This document shows, piece by piece, positions 21,295 to 33,600 of a DNA stretch of 37,945 nucleotides. Position numbers and translations under genes: made by a program. Below the pieces are notes generated by a model, which saw only the letters and a program-made list of their open reading frames with translations, ran no database searches and was not told where the DNA came from. This DNA comes from Octopus sinensis (taxonomy: Eukaryota). The number at the start of each line of letters is the position of its first letter. The first letter of the stretch is position 1. The DNA lies in NCBI RefSeq assembly GCF_006345805.1, contig NW_021835898.1:1-37945 (forward strand). The letters run 5' to 3'.

Positions 21295-22242
21295 AATAGG
21301 TTGGGAAACTGTCCTCTGCATTTTTCACATGACCTGCATTTTTCACATGACCTCATTTTTCACATGACCTCATTTTTCACATGACCTCCATTTTTCACAT
21401 GACCACGGTTCTTTTCAATATTTGAAATAAATATTTCTTTTACATTCTAATATTTTTATTTGCGGATTACTTTAAACCTTAAACGTTAAATTTGTATCGA
21501 TTTTAATCTTTTAAAATGAGTTTAGATCAGACTTCGTTTATTAGACACTTCATGTTGTACGAACAGAAAAGGGGTCCCTTAGCAATGGAAGCAGCAAGAA
21601 ATATTTGTTGTTCAGTCCATGGAAACAATGCTGTCAGTTGCCTGGACATTCCAGCTATGGTTTGACCAGTTTCGCCCAGGAAAGATTTCTCCTAAAGATT
21701 TCCCTTGATCTAGCTGATCGAATTCTATCAATATCGAACTCAGCCGAGCAAAATTCAAAGCAAACCTCAAAAGATTAAGCAAGGCAGTTCAACTTTAGTC
21801 CTAGTTCGATCATAAAACACCTTCATGAACTGGGAAAAGTGTTTGAATTCAGAGTGTGGGTCCCTCATCACGTGACTGTTTCTCAGCTTCATCATAGACT
21901 TGCTACCCTCTGCTTGTCATTGAAGAGTAGACTTGTTATCAAAACTTTCTTTGGTAGAATCATCGCAACTGTTGAAAAGCGGGTCCTCTGTCATCATTTC
22001 CAACAAGAACGACAAGGCATAGCATCCGATAAATATAGACAATCCATTCCCAAGGTGGTGTCTCGGACTAAAAAAGAGTTGTGCTTTGTGTTTGATGGAA
22101 TGTTGAAGGTATTTTCTATCATGAAGGGGTCGACAATTGCCAAAACAGATGAGATTATTTTATCAATAATGGGAAGAAATATTTTATTGATTAAATGTAT
22201 CAATTAAGAATAAAGAAGTATTTGTGTGTTTCCCATCTTGAA
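21295..22242 (+). mobile_element. Decayed mariner-family DNA transposon with internal deletion
   Basis: From ATG 21516, hand translation gives IRHFMLYE..G..A.EAARNIC...G.NAVS...WF.QFR.G, then KHLHELGKVFEFRVWVPHHV (the WVPHEL motif) and FFGRIIATVEKR (expected RIVTGDEKW). Eroded TIR candidates are AGGTTGGGAAAC (about 21299) and GTTTCCCATCTT (about 22229). Confidence 0.8.
21316..21404. repeat. Five-copy 17-18 bp minisatellite CATTTTTCACATGACC
   Basis: Directly visible. Confidence 0.92.
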
Positions 22243-22269
22243 ATGCACCAGCAGCACTTCTTTCTAGCT

Positions 22270-22576
22270 TCATGTTTGTGTATATGTGGGTATATATATG
22301 TGTGTGTGTACGTATGTATCTACTTGTTTATATGAGTGTATGTATGTGTGAATATATGTATTTGTTTGTATACGTGTATGTATACATTTATTTGTGTGTA
22401 TGAGTGTATATGTATGTATGTATCTATTTGTGTAAATGTACGTATATATATTTGTATATGTGTATATATGTATGTGTGTGTATGTGGGTGTATATATGAA
22501 CATGTGTATTTTTGGCCCTCAAATGTTCTGGGTGGTGTCTGATATGCTCTAAAACATATATATATATATATGTATG

Positions 22577-22609
<33 letters not shown>

Positions 22610-22795
22610 ATATATATGTGTGTATATATATGTATATATATGTGTGTATATATGTGTGTATATATATGTGTATATATATGTATATATATGTGTGTATATA
22701 TGTGTGTATATATATGTGTATATAAATGTATATATATATATGTATATGTATATATATATATGAATATATATATATATATGTGTGTGTGTGTGTAT
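22270..22795. repeat. Long compound (TA)/(TG)/(TATG) low-complexity tract
   Basis: Directly visible. It produces the Y/I/H/T-only ORFs. Confidence 0.92.
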
Positions 22796-22883
22796 CATCA
22801 TCATTGTTTAATGTCCACTTTCTATACCAGCCGTAGAAAGCAAACATTAAACGATAGTGTATATATATATATACATACTTATA

Positions 22884-24468
22884 CAGTGGCGGCCAAAATG
22901 TTCAGAACGGCATTGTTTTCATCAGAAAAGTAAGTATAATTTCTTATCAAAGTTGTTTTATCTTCTATCATTTTCACAGACAATAAATACGACATTATTT
23001 GTTATCGTCTGAGATTTTGGTGTAATTTGAGAGGATAATACAAAAGTTATGGATGATTTAGTGATTTACTGCAAAACCCATGGCAGCCAAAATGATCAGA
23101 ACGGTTGCTTTTACTCCGTATTTTAGTATATTTAACCGGCGAACTCTAATGTTTTGAATTTGTTTACGTGACGGTTCGTTTACTAAACATTAGTAAGAAT
23201 ATCTGCAGTGCACTTTGTTAATATAATGCCACTTACTCCGTTACTAATTCGTCAGCAGATTAAGCTTCGAAGGAAGGATAATTTAAGTATTGGGTCTATT
23301 GCGAAGATTGTTAACAAGTCAAAAAGTGTTGTTCACGGTATTCTTGTGAAGCAAGAAAGTCTACAGGTAGGCCAAGAAAAACGACCAAGAGAGAAGATCG
23401 TGCTATGGTAAAGTTGGTTAAAAAGGACAGATTTAAAACTGCTGCTGCTGTTTCTCGGAAAATGAGCATTGTATTGAAGAAAACTTTATCTCGAAAAACT
23501 GTGTCTCGTTGTTTAGTTGAACATGACCTACAAGCAAGAGCACCTGCAGTGAAGCCATTGATCAGCTCCAAGAATAAAAGTGTCGACTTACCTTTGCAAC
23601 CGAACATGTGTTGTGGTCTCAAGAAAAATGGCAAACGGTGCATTTCCGTGATGAATCTAAGTTTATGTTATTTGGCTCAGATGGGAAAAGGTACGTTCGT
23701 AGAAAAGTAGGTGAAAAATTGTCGCCTAAATGCCTTAAGACTAGTGTTAAATTCGGTGGAGGAAATGTCATGGTTTGGGGGATGATATCTGGAGATGGTG
23801 TGGGCCCTTTGGTGCGATTACATGGAAAGGTAAATGCAGGAGTTTATAAACAACTTGTAAAAGATCATGTCTTGCCTGTGCTAAGAAATTCAATTAAGCG
23901 ACCACCCATATTCATGCAGGACAATGCCCCATGTCACAAGGTTAAGGTGGTCATGAACTTCCTCAAGGCTGAAAAGGTTATTGTTATGGATTGGCCTGCT
24001 CAAAGCCCAGATCTCAATTCTATTAAAAATGTGTGGAATATTCTAGGAGAACGTTAGAATGCCAGAAATCCTAAAATAACCGAGCAATTATGGAATGCCC
24101 TTCGGGAAGAATGGAATAAGATCACCCAGCAAGAAATTGAACATTTAATTTCCCCATGCAGTCGAAGATGTCAGAGTGTGATTGAAGCTAAATATTAAAT
24201 AATTCCAGTATTCTCTGTCATTTTTGATTATTTTGTTATTTTTTCTACCGTTCTGATCATTTTGGCCGCCATGGGTTTTGCAGTAAATCACTAAATCATC
24301 CATAACTTTTGTATTATCCTCTCAAATTACTCCAACATCTCAGACAATAACAATTAATATTGTATGTATTGTCTGTGAAAATTATAGAATATAAAACAAC
24401 TTTGACAAAAACTTACACTTACTTTTCTGACGAAAACAATGCTGTTCTGGACATTTTGGCCGCAACTG
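22884..24468 (+). mobile_element. Full-length Tc1-family (DD34E) transposon of IR-DR type, 1585 bp, TA target duplication, inactive
   Basis: The ends are TA|CAGTGGCGGCCAAAATG and CATTTTGGCCGCAACTG|TA. The ~221-bp ITRs (22884-23104 and 24248-24468) each carry the direct repeat GGC[G/A]GCCAAAATG[T/A]TCAGAACGG at both ends. Confidence 0.95.
23226..24198 (+). pseudogene. Tc1 transposase pseudogene
   Basis: Motifs are an HTH (IGSIAKIVNKSKSVVHGIL), GRPRKTT in a shifted frame, FRDESKF, VKFGGGNVMVWG and FMQDNAPCH...DWPAQSPDLNSIKN. There are 34 residues between the second D and the expected E, which is K here. It has two frameshifts and a premature TAG at 24055-24057. Confidence 0.93.
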
Positions 24469-24569
24469 TATATATGTGTGTGTATATATATATATATCGG
24501 GTTGCTCTCTGCACCAGTTCCACATAGCCCCTGCCCATTCAAAGGACCTTGGATTCCAGAACACCCCGC

Positions 24570-24661
24570 AGTGCTTGATGAGACCTGTTGAGTCAAGTAC
24601 ATGAACATGAACATCGAAATGGATCTGGCAGTGGTGATGCCTGCACCGGGGCACATAGAAA
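24570..24661 (+). mobile_element. RTE 3'-UTR proximal segment leading into the satellite
   Basis: CTTGATGAGACCTGTTGAGTCAAGT...AACATCGAAATGGATCTGGCAGTGGTGATGCC aligns with the reverse complement of 9160-9320 (CTTGTGAAGACCCGTTGAGGCAAGT...AACATCAATGGAAATTGCAGCTGTGATACC). Confidence 0.75.
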
Positions 24662-27600
24662 GCACCATCCGAACGTGGCCGATGCCAGCGCCGCCTTAGC
24701 TGGCTTCTGTGCCAGTGGCACATAGAAAGCACCATCCGAACGTGGCCGATGCCAGCGCCGCCTTAGCTGGCTTCTGTGCCGGTAGCACATAAAAAGCACC
24801 ATCCGAACGTGGCCGATGCCAGCGCCGCCTTAGCTGGCTTCCGTGCCGGTGGCACATAGAAAGCACCATCCGAACGTGGCCGATGCCAGCGCCGCCTTAG
24901 CTGGCTTCCGTGCCGGTGGCACATAGAAAGCACCATCCGAACGTGGCCGATGCCAGCGCCGCCTTAGCTGGCTTCTGTGCCGGTGGCACATAGAAAGCAC
25001 CATCCGAACGTGGCCGATGCCAGCGCCGCCTTAGCTGGCTTCCGTGCCGGTGGCACATAAAAAGCACCATCCGAACGTGACCGATGCCAGCGCCGCCTTA
25101 GCTGGCTTCTGTGCCGGTAGCACATAAAAAGCACCATCCGAACGTGACCGATGCCAGCGCCGCCTTAGCTGGCTTCCGTGCCGGTGGCACATAAAATGCA
25201 CCATCCGAACGTGACCGATGCCAGCGCCGCCTTAGCTGGCTTCTGTGCCGGTAGCACATAAAAAGCACCATCCGAACGTGGCCGATGCCAGCGCCGCCTT
25301 AGCTGGCTTCCGTGCCGGTGGCACATAAAAGCACCATCCGAACGTGGCCGATGCCAGCGCCGCCTTAGCTGGCTTCTGTGCCGGTGGCACATAGAAAACA
25401 CCATCCGAACGTGGCCGATGCCAGCGCCGCCTTAGCTGGCTTCTGTGCCGGTGGCACATAGAAAGCACCATCCGAACGTGGCCGATGCCAGCGCCGCCTT
25501 AGCTGGCTTCTGTGCCGGTGGCACATAGAAAGCACCATCCGAACGTGGCCGATGCCAGCGCCGCCTTAGCTGGCTTCCGTGCCGGTGGCACATAGAAAGC
25601 ACCATCCGAACGTGGCCGATGCCAGCGCCGCCTTAGCTGGCTTCTGTGCCGGTGGCACATAGAAAGCACCATCCGAACGTGGCCGATGCCAGCGCCGCCT
25701 TAGCTGGCTTCTGTGCCGGTGGCACATAGAAAGCACCATCCGAACGTGGCCGATGCCAGCGCCGCCTTAGCTGGCTTCTGTGCCGGTGGCACATAGAAAG
25801 CACCATCCGAACGTGGCCGATGCCAGCGCCGCCTTAGCTGGCTTCTGTGCCGGTGGCACATAGAAAGCACCATCCGAACGTGGCCGATGCCAGCGCCGCC
25901 TTAGCTGGCTTCTGTGCCGGTGGCACATAGAAAGCACCATCCGAACGTGGCCGATGCCAGATCCCCCCCCCCCGGCACCTGTGCAAGTGGCACATAGAAA
26001 GCACCATCCGAACGTGGCCGATGCCAGCGCCGCCTTAGCTGGCTTCTGTGCCGGTGGCACATAGAAAGCACTATCCGAACGTGGCCGATGCCAGCGCCGC
26101 CTTAGCTGGCTTCTGTGCCGGTGGCACATAAAAAGCACCATCCGAACGTGGCCGATGCCAGCGCCGCCTTAGCTGGCTTCTGTGCCGGTGGCACATAGAA
26201 AGCACCATCCGAACGTGGCCGATGCCAACGCCGCCTTAGCTGGCTTCTGTGCCGGTGGCACATAGAAAGCACCATCCGAACGTGGCCGATGCCAGCGCCG
26301 CCTTAGCTGGCTTCTGTGCCGGAGGCACATAGAAAGCACCATCCGAACGTGGCCGATGCCAGATCCCCCCCCCCGGCACCTGTGCAAGTGGCACATAGAA
26401 AGCACCATCCGAACATGGGCGATGCCAGCGCCGCCTTAGCTGGCTTCTGTGCCGGTGGCACATAAAAAGCACCATCCGAACGTGGCCGATGCCAGCGCCG
26501 CCTTAGCTGGCTTCTGTGCCGGTGGCACATAGAAAGCACCATCCGAAAGTGGCCGATGCCAGCGCCGCCTTAGCTGGCTTCTGTGTCGGTGGCACATAGA
26601 AAGCACCATCCGAACGTGGCCGATGCCAGCGCCGCCTTAGCTGGCTTCTGTGCCGGTGGCACATAGAAAGCACCATCCGAACGTGGCCGATGCCAGCGCC
26701 GCCTTAGCTGGCTTCTGTGCCGGTGGCACATAGAAAGCACCATCCGAACGTGGCCGATGCCAGCGCCGCCTTAGCTGGCTTCTGTGCCGGTGGCACATAG
26801 AAAGCACCATCCGAACGTGGCCGATGCCAGCGCCGCCTTAGCTGGCTTCTGTGCCGGTGGCACATAGAAAGCACCATCCGAACGTGGCCGATGCCAGCGC
26901 CGCCTTAGCTGGCTTCTGTGCCGGTGGCACATAGAAAGCACCATCCGAACGTGGCCGATGCCAGCCCCGCCTTAGCTGGCTTCCGTGCCGGTGGCACATA
27001 GAAAGCACCATCCGAACGTGGCCGATGCCAGCGCCGCCTTAGCTGGCTTCTGTGCGGGTGGAACATAGAAAGCACCATCCGAACGTGGCCGATGCCAGCG
27101 CCGCCTTAGCTGGCTTCCGTGCCGGTGGGACATAGAAAGCACCATCCGAACGTGGCCGATGCCAGCGCCGCCTTAGCTGGCTTCTGTGCCGGTGGCACAT
27201 AGAAAGCACCATCCGAACGTGGCGATGCCAGCGCCGCCTTAGCTGGCTTCGTGCCGGTGGCACATAGAAAGCACCATCCGAACGTGGCCGATGCCAGCGC
27301 CGCCTTAGGTGGCTTCTGTGCCGGTGGCACATAGAAAGCACCATCCAACGTGGCCGATGCCAGCGCCGCCTTAGCTGGCTTCCGTGCCGGTGGCACATAG
27401 AAAGCACCATCCGAACGTGGCCGATGCCAGCTCCGCCTTAGCTGGCTTCTGTGCCGGTGGCACATAGAAAGCACCATCCGAACGTGGCCGATGCCAGCGC
27501 CGCCTTAGCTGGCTTCCGTGCCGGTGGCACATAGAAAGCACCATCCGAACGTGGCCGATGCCAGCGCCACCTTAGCTGGCTTCTGTGCCGGTGGCACATA

Positions 27601-30600
27601 GAAAGCACCATCCGAACGTGGCCGATGCCAGCGCCGCCTTAGCTGGCTTCCGTGCCGGTGGCACATAGAAAGCACCATCCGAACGTGGCCGATGCCAGCG
27701 CGCCGCCTTAGCTGGCTTCCGTGCCGGTGGCACATAGAAAGCACCATCCGAACGTGGCCGATGCCAGCGCCGCCTTAGCTGGCTTCCGTGCCGGTGGCAC
27801 ATAGAAAGCACCATCCGAACGTGGCGATGCCAGCGCCGCCTTAGCTGGCTTCCGTGCCGGTGGCACATAGAAAGCACCATCCGAACGTGGCCGATGCCCG
27901 CGCCGCCTTAGCTGGCTTCCGTGCCGGTGGCACATAGAAAGCAGCATCCGAACGTGGCCGATACCAGCGCCGCCTTAGCTGGCTTCGTGCCGGTGCACAT
28001 AGAAAGCACCATCCAACGTGCCGATGCCAGCGCCGCCTTAGCTGGCTCTGTGCCGGTGGCACATAGAAAGCACCATCCGAACGTGGCCGATGCCAGCGCC
28101 GCCTTAGCTGGCTTCCGTGCCGGTGGCACATAGAAGCACCATCCGAACGTGGCCGATGCCAGCGCCGCTCTTAGCTGGCTTCTGTGCCGTGGCACATAGA
28201 AAGCACCATCCGAACGTGGCCAATGCAGTGCCGCCTTCGCTGGCTTCCGTGCCGGTGGCACATAGAAAGCACCATCCGAACGTGGCCGATGCCAGCAGTC
28301 TTAGCTGGCTTCTGTGCCGGTGGCACATAGAAAGCACCATCCGAACGTGGCCGATGCCAGCGCCGCCTTAGCTGGCTTCCGTGCCGGTGGCACATAGAAA
28401 GCACCATCCGAACGTGGCCGATGCCAGCGCCGCCTTAGCTGGCTTCTGTGCCGGTGGCACATAGAAAGCACCATCCGAACGTGGCCGATTCCAGCGCCGC
28501 CTTAGCTGGCTTCCGTGCCGGTGGCACATAGAAGCACCATCCGAACGTGGCCGATGCCAGCGCCGCCTTAGCTGGCTTCTGTGCCGGTGGCACATAGAAA
28601 GCACCATCCGAACGTGGCCGATGCCAGCGCCGCCTTAGCTGGCTTCCGTGCCGGTGGCACATAGAAAGCACCATCCGAACGTGGCCGATGCCAGCGCGCC
28701 TTAGCTGGCTTGTGCCGGTGGCCACATAGAAAGCACCATCCGAACGTGGCCGATGCCAGCGCCGCCTTAGCTGGCTTCTGTGCCGGTGGCACATAGAAAG
28801 CACCATCCGAACATGGCCGATGCCAGCGCCGCCTTATCTGGCTTCTGTGCCGGTGGCACATAGAAAGCAACATCCGACGTGGCCGATGCCAGCGCCGCCT
28901 TAGCTGGCTTCTGTGCCGGTGGCACATAGAAAGCACCATCCGAACGTGGCCGATGCCAGATCCCCCCCCCGGCACCTGTGCAAGTGGCATATAGAAAGCA
29001 CCATCCGAACGTGCCGATGCCAGCGCCGCCTTAGCTGGCTTCTGTGCCGGTGGCACACAGAAAGCACCATCCGAACGTGGCCGATGCCAGCACCGCCTTA
29101 GCTGCTTCTGTGCCGGAGGCACATAGAAAGCACCATCCGACCGTGGCCGATGCCAGATCCCCCCCCCCGGCACCTGTGCAAGTGGCACATAGAAAGCACC
29201 ATCCGAACGTGGCCGATGCCAGCGCCGCCTTAGCTGGCTTCTGTGCCGGTGGCACATAAAAGCACCATCCGAACGTGGCCGATGCCAGCGCCGCCTTAGC
29301 TGGCTTCTGTGCCGGTGCACATAGAAACCATCCACGAACGTGGCCGATGCCAGCGCCGCCTTAGCTGGCTTCTGTGCCGGTGGCACATAGAAAGCACCAT
29401 CCGAACGTGGCCGATGCCAGCGCCGCCTTAGCTGGCTTCTGTGCCGGTGGCACATAGAAAGCACCATCCGAACGTGGCCGATGCCAGCGCCGCCTTAGCT
29501 GGCTTCTGTGCCGGTGGCACATAGAAAGCACCATCCGAACGTGGCCGATGCCAGCGCCGCCTTAGCTGGCTTCTGTGCCGGGGCACATAGAAAGCACCAT
29601 CCGAACGTGGCCGATGCCAGCGCCGCCTGAGCTGGCTTCTGTGCCGGTGGCACATAGAAAGCACCATCCGACGTGGCCGATGCCACGCCGCCTTAGCTGG
29701 CTTCTGTGCCGGTGGCACATAGAAAGTACCATCCGAACGTGGCCGATGCCAGCCCCGCCTTAGCTGGCTTCCGTGCCGGTGGCACATAGAAAGCACCATC
29801 CGAACGTGGCCGATGCCAGCGCCGCCTTAGCTGGCTTCTGTGCCGGTGGCACATAGAAAGCACCATCCGAACGTGGCCGATGCCAGCGCCGCCTTAGCTG
29901 GCTTCCGTGCCGGTGGCACATAGAAAGCACCATCCGAACGTGGCCGATGCCAGCGCCGCCTTAGCTGGCTTCTGTGCCGGTGGCACATAGAAAGCACCAT
30001 CCGAACGTGGCCGATGCCAGCGCCGCCTTAGCTGGCTTCCGTGCCGGTGGCACATAGAAAGCACCATCCGAACGTGGCCGATGCCAGCGCCGCCTTAGCT
30101 GGCTTCTGTGCCGGTGGCACATAGAAAGCACCATCCGAACGTGGCCGATGCCAGCGCCGCCTTCGCTGGCTTCCGTGCCGGTGGCACATAGAAAGCACCA
30201 TCCGAACGTGGCCGATGCCAGCGCCGCCTTAGCTGGCTTCTGTGCCGGTGGCACATAGAAAGCACCATCCGAACGTGGCCGATGCCAGCGCCGCCTTAGC
30301 TGGCTTCCGTGCCGGTGGCACATAGAAGGCACCATCCGAACGGCCGATGCCAGCGCCGCCTTAGTGGCTTCTGTGCCGGTGGCACATGAGAAAGCACCAT
30401 CCGAACGTGGCCGATGCCAGCGCGCCTTAGCTGGCTCCGTGGTGGCACATAGAAAGCACCATCCGAACGTGGCCGATGCCAGCGCCGCCTTAGCTGGCTT
30501 CCGTGCCGGTGGCAATAGAAAGCACCATCCGAACGTGGCCGATGCCAGCGCCGCCTTAGCTGGCTTCCGTGCCGGTGGCACATAGAAAGCACCATGCGAA

Positions 30601-33600
30601 CATGGCCGATGTCAGCGCCGCCTTAGCTGGCTTCTGTGCCGGTGGCACATAGAAAGCACCATCCGAACGTGGCCGATGCCAGCGCCGCCTTAGCTGGCTT
30701 CCGTGCCGGTGGCACATAGAAAGCACCATCCGAACGTGGCCGATGCCAGCGCCGCCTTAGCTGGCTTCTGTGCCGGTGGCACATAGAAAGCACCATCCGA
30801 ACGTGGCCGATGCCAGCGCCGCCATAGCTGGCTTCCGTGCCGGTGGCACATAGAAAGCACCATCCGAACGTGGCCGATGCCAGCGCCGCCTTAGCTGGCT
30901 TCTGTGCCGGTGGCACATAGAAAGCACCATCCGAACGTGGCCGATGCCAGCGCCGCCTTAGCTGGCTTCCGTGCCGGTGGCACATAGAAAGCACCATCCG
31001 AACGTGGCCGATGCCAGCGCCGCCTTAGCTGGCTTCTGTGCGGTGGCACATAGAAAGCACCATCCGAACGTGGCCGATGGCAGATTCCCCCCCCCCGGCA
31101 CCTGTGCAAGTGGCACATAGAAAGCACCATCCGAACGTGGCCGATGCCAGCGCCGCCTTAGCTGGCTTCTGTGCCGGTGGCACATAAAAGCACCATCCGA
31201 ACGTGGCCGATGCCAGCGCCGCCTTAGCTGGCTTCTGTGCCGGTGGCACATAGAAAGCACCATCCGAACGTGGCCGATGCCAGCGCCGCCTTAGCTGGCT
31301 TCTGTGCCGGTGGCACATAGAAAGCACCATCCGAACGTGGCCGATGCCAGATCCCCCCCCCGGCACCTGTGCAGTGGCACATAGAAAGCACCATCCGAAC
31401 GTGGCCGATGCCAGCGCCGCCTTAGCTGGCTTCTGTGCCGGTGGCACATAAAAAGCACCATCCGAACGTGGCCGATGCCAGCGCCGCCTTAGCTGGCTTC
31501 TGTGCCGGTGGCACATAGAAAGCACCATCCGAACGTGGCCGATGCCAGAGCCCCCCCCGGCACCTGTGCAAGTGGCACATAGAAAGCACCATCCGAACGT
31601 GGCCGATGCCAGCGCCGCCTTAGCTGGCTTCTGTGCCGGTGGCACATAAAAAGCACCATCCGAACGTGGCCGATGCCAGCGCCGCCTTAGCTGGCTTCTG
31701 TGCCGGTGGCACATAGAAAGCACCATCCGAACGTGGCCGATGCCAGCGCCGCCTTAGCTGGCTTCTGTGCCGGTGGCACATAGAAAGCACCATCCGAACG
31801 TGGCCGATGCCAGCGCCGCCTTAGCTGGCTTCTGTGCCGGTGGCACATAGAAAGCACCATCCGAACGTGGCCGATGCCAGCGCCGCCTTAGCTGGCTTCT
31901 GTGCGGTGGCACATAGAAAGCACCATCCGAACGTGGCCGATGCCAGCGCCGCCTTAGCTGGCTTCTGTGCCGTGGCACATAGAAAGCACCATCCGAACGT
32001 GGCCGATGCCAGCGCCGCCTTAGCTGGCTTCTGTGCCGGTGGCACATAGAAAGCACCATCCGAACGTGGCCGATGCCAGCGCCGCCTTAGCTGGCTTCTG
32101 TGCCGGTGGCACATAGAAAGCACCATCCGAACGTGGCCGATGCCAGCGCCGCCTTAGCTGGCTTCTGTGCCGGTGGCACATAGAAAGCACCATCCGAACG
32201 TGGCCGATGCCAGATCCCCCCCCCGGCACCTGTGCAAGTGGCATATAGAAAGCACCATCCGAACGTGGCCGATGCCAGCGCCGCCTTAGCTGGCTTCTGT
32301 GCCGGTGGCACATAGAAAGCACCATCCGAACGTGGCCGATGCCAGCGCCGCCTTAGCTGGCTTCTGTGCCGGAGGCACATAGAAAGCACCATCCGAACGT
32401 GGCCGATGCCAGATCCCCCCCCCGGCACCTGTGCAAGTGGCACATAGAAAGCACCATCCGAACGTGGCCGATGCCAGCGCCGCCTTAGCTGGCTTCTGTG
32501 CCGGTGGCACATAAAAAGCACCATCCGAACGTGGCCGATGCCAGCGCCGCCTTAGCTGGCTTCTGTGCCGGTGGCACATAGAAAGCACCATCCGAACGTG
32601 GCCGATGCCAGCGCCGCCTTAGCTGGCTTCTGTGCCGGTGGCACATAGAAAGCACCATCCGAACGTGGCCGATGCCAGCGCCGCCTTAGCTGGCTTCTGT
32701 GCCGGTGGCACATAGAAAGCACCATCCGAACGTGGCCGATGCCAGCGCCGCCTTAGCTGGCTTCTGTGCCGGTGGCACATAGAAAGCACCATCCGAACGT
32801 GGCCGATGCCAGCGCCGCCTTAGCTGGCTTCTGTGCCGGTGGCACATAGAAAGCACCATCCGAACGTGGCCGATGCCAGCGCCGCCTTAGCTGGCTTCCG
32901 TGCCGGTGGCACATAGAAAGCACCATCCGAACGTGGCCGATGCCAGCTCCGCCTTAGCTGGCTTCTGTGCCGGTGGCACATAGAAAGCACCATCCGAACG
33001 TGGCCGATGCCAGCGCCGCCTTAGCTGGCTTCCGTGCCGGTGGCACATAGAAAGCACCATCCGAACGTGGCCGATGCCAGCGCCGCCTTAGCTGGCTTCT
33101 GTGCCGGTGGCACATAGAAAGCACCATCCGAACGTGGCCGATGCCAGCGCCGCCTTAGCTGGCTTCCGTGCCGGTGGCACATAGAAAGCACCATCCGAAC
33201 GTGGCCGATGCCAGCGCCGCCTTAGGTGGCTTCTGTGCCGGTGGCACATAGAAAGCACCATCCGAACGTGGCCGATGCCAGCGCCGCCTTAGCTGGCTTC
33301 CGTGCCGGTGGCACATAGAAAGCACCATCCGAACGTGGCCGATGCCAGCGCCGCCTTAGCTGGCTTCTGTGCCGGTGGCACATAGAAAGCACCATCCGAA
33401 CGTGGCCGATGCCAGCGCCGCCTTAGCTGGCTTCCGTGCCGGTGGCACATAGAAAGCACCATCCGAACGTGGCCGATGCCAGCGCCGCCTTAGCTGGCTT
33501 CCGTGCCGGTGGCACATAGAAAGCACCATGCGAACGTGGCCGATGTCAGCGCCGCCTTAGCTGGCTTCTGTGCCGGTGGCACATAGAAAGCACCATCCGA

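Noticed and set aside
22270-22933. Y/I/H/T-rich ORFs, also at 4709-4985 and 9648-10064
   Set aside because: They are translations of TA/TG/CA microsatellites.
24662-24728. Hammerhead ribozyme or tRNA-derived monomer
   Set aside because: GAAA is present but there is no CTGANGA core on either strand. The GTTCGGAT on the minus strand lacks a matching A-box and cloverleaf. An Infernal/Rfam scan would be needed to exclude other ribozyme classes.
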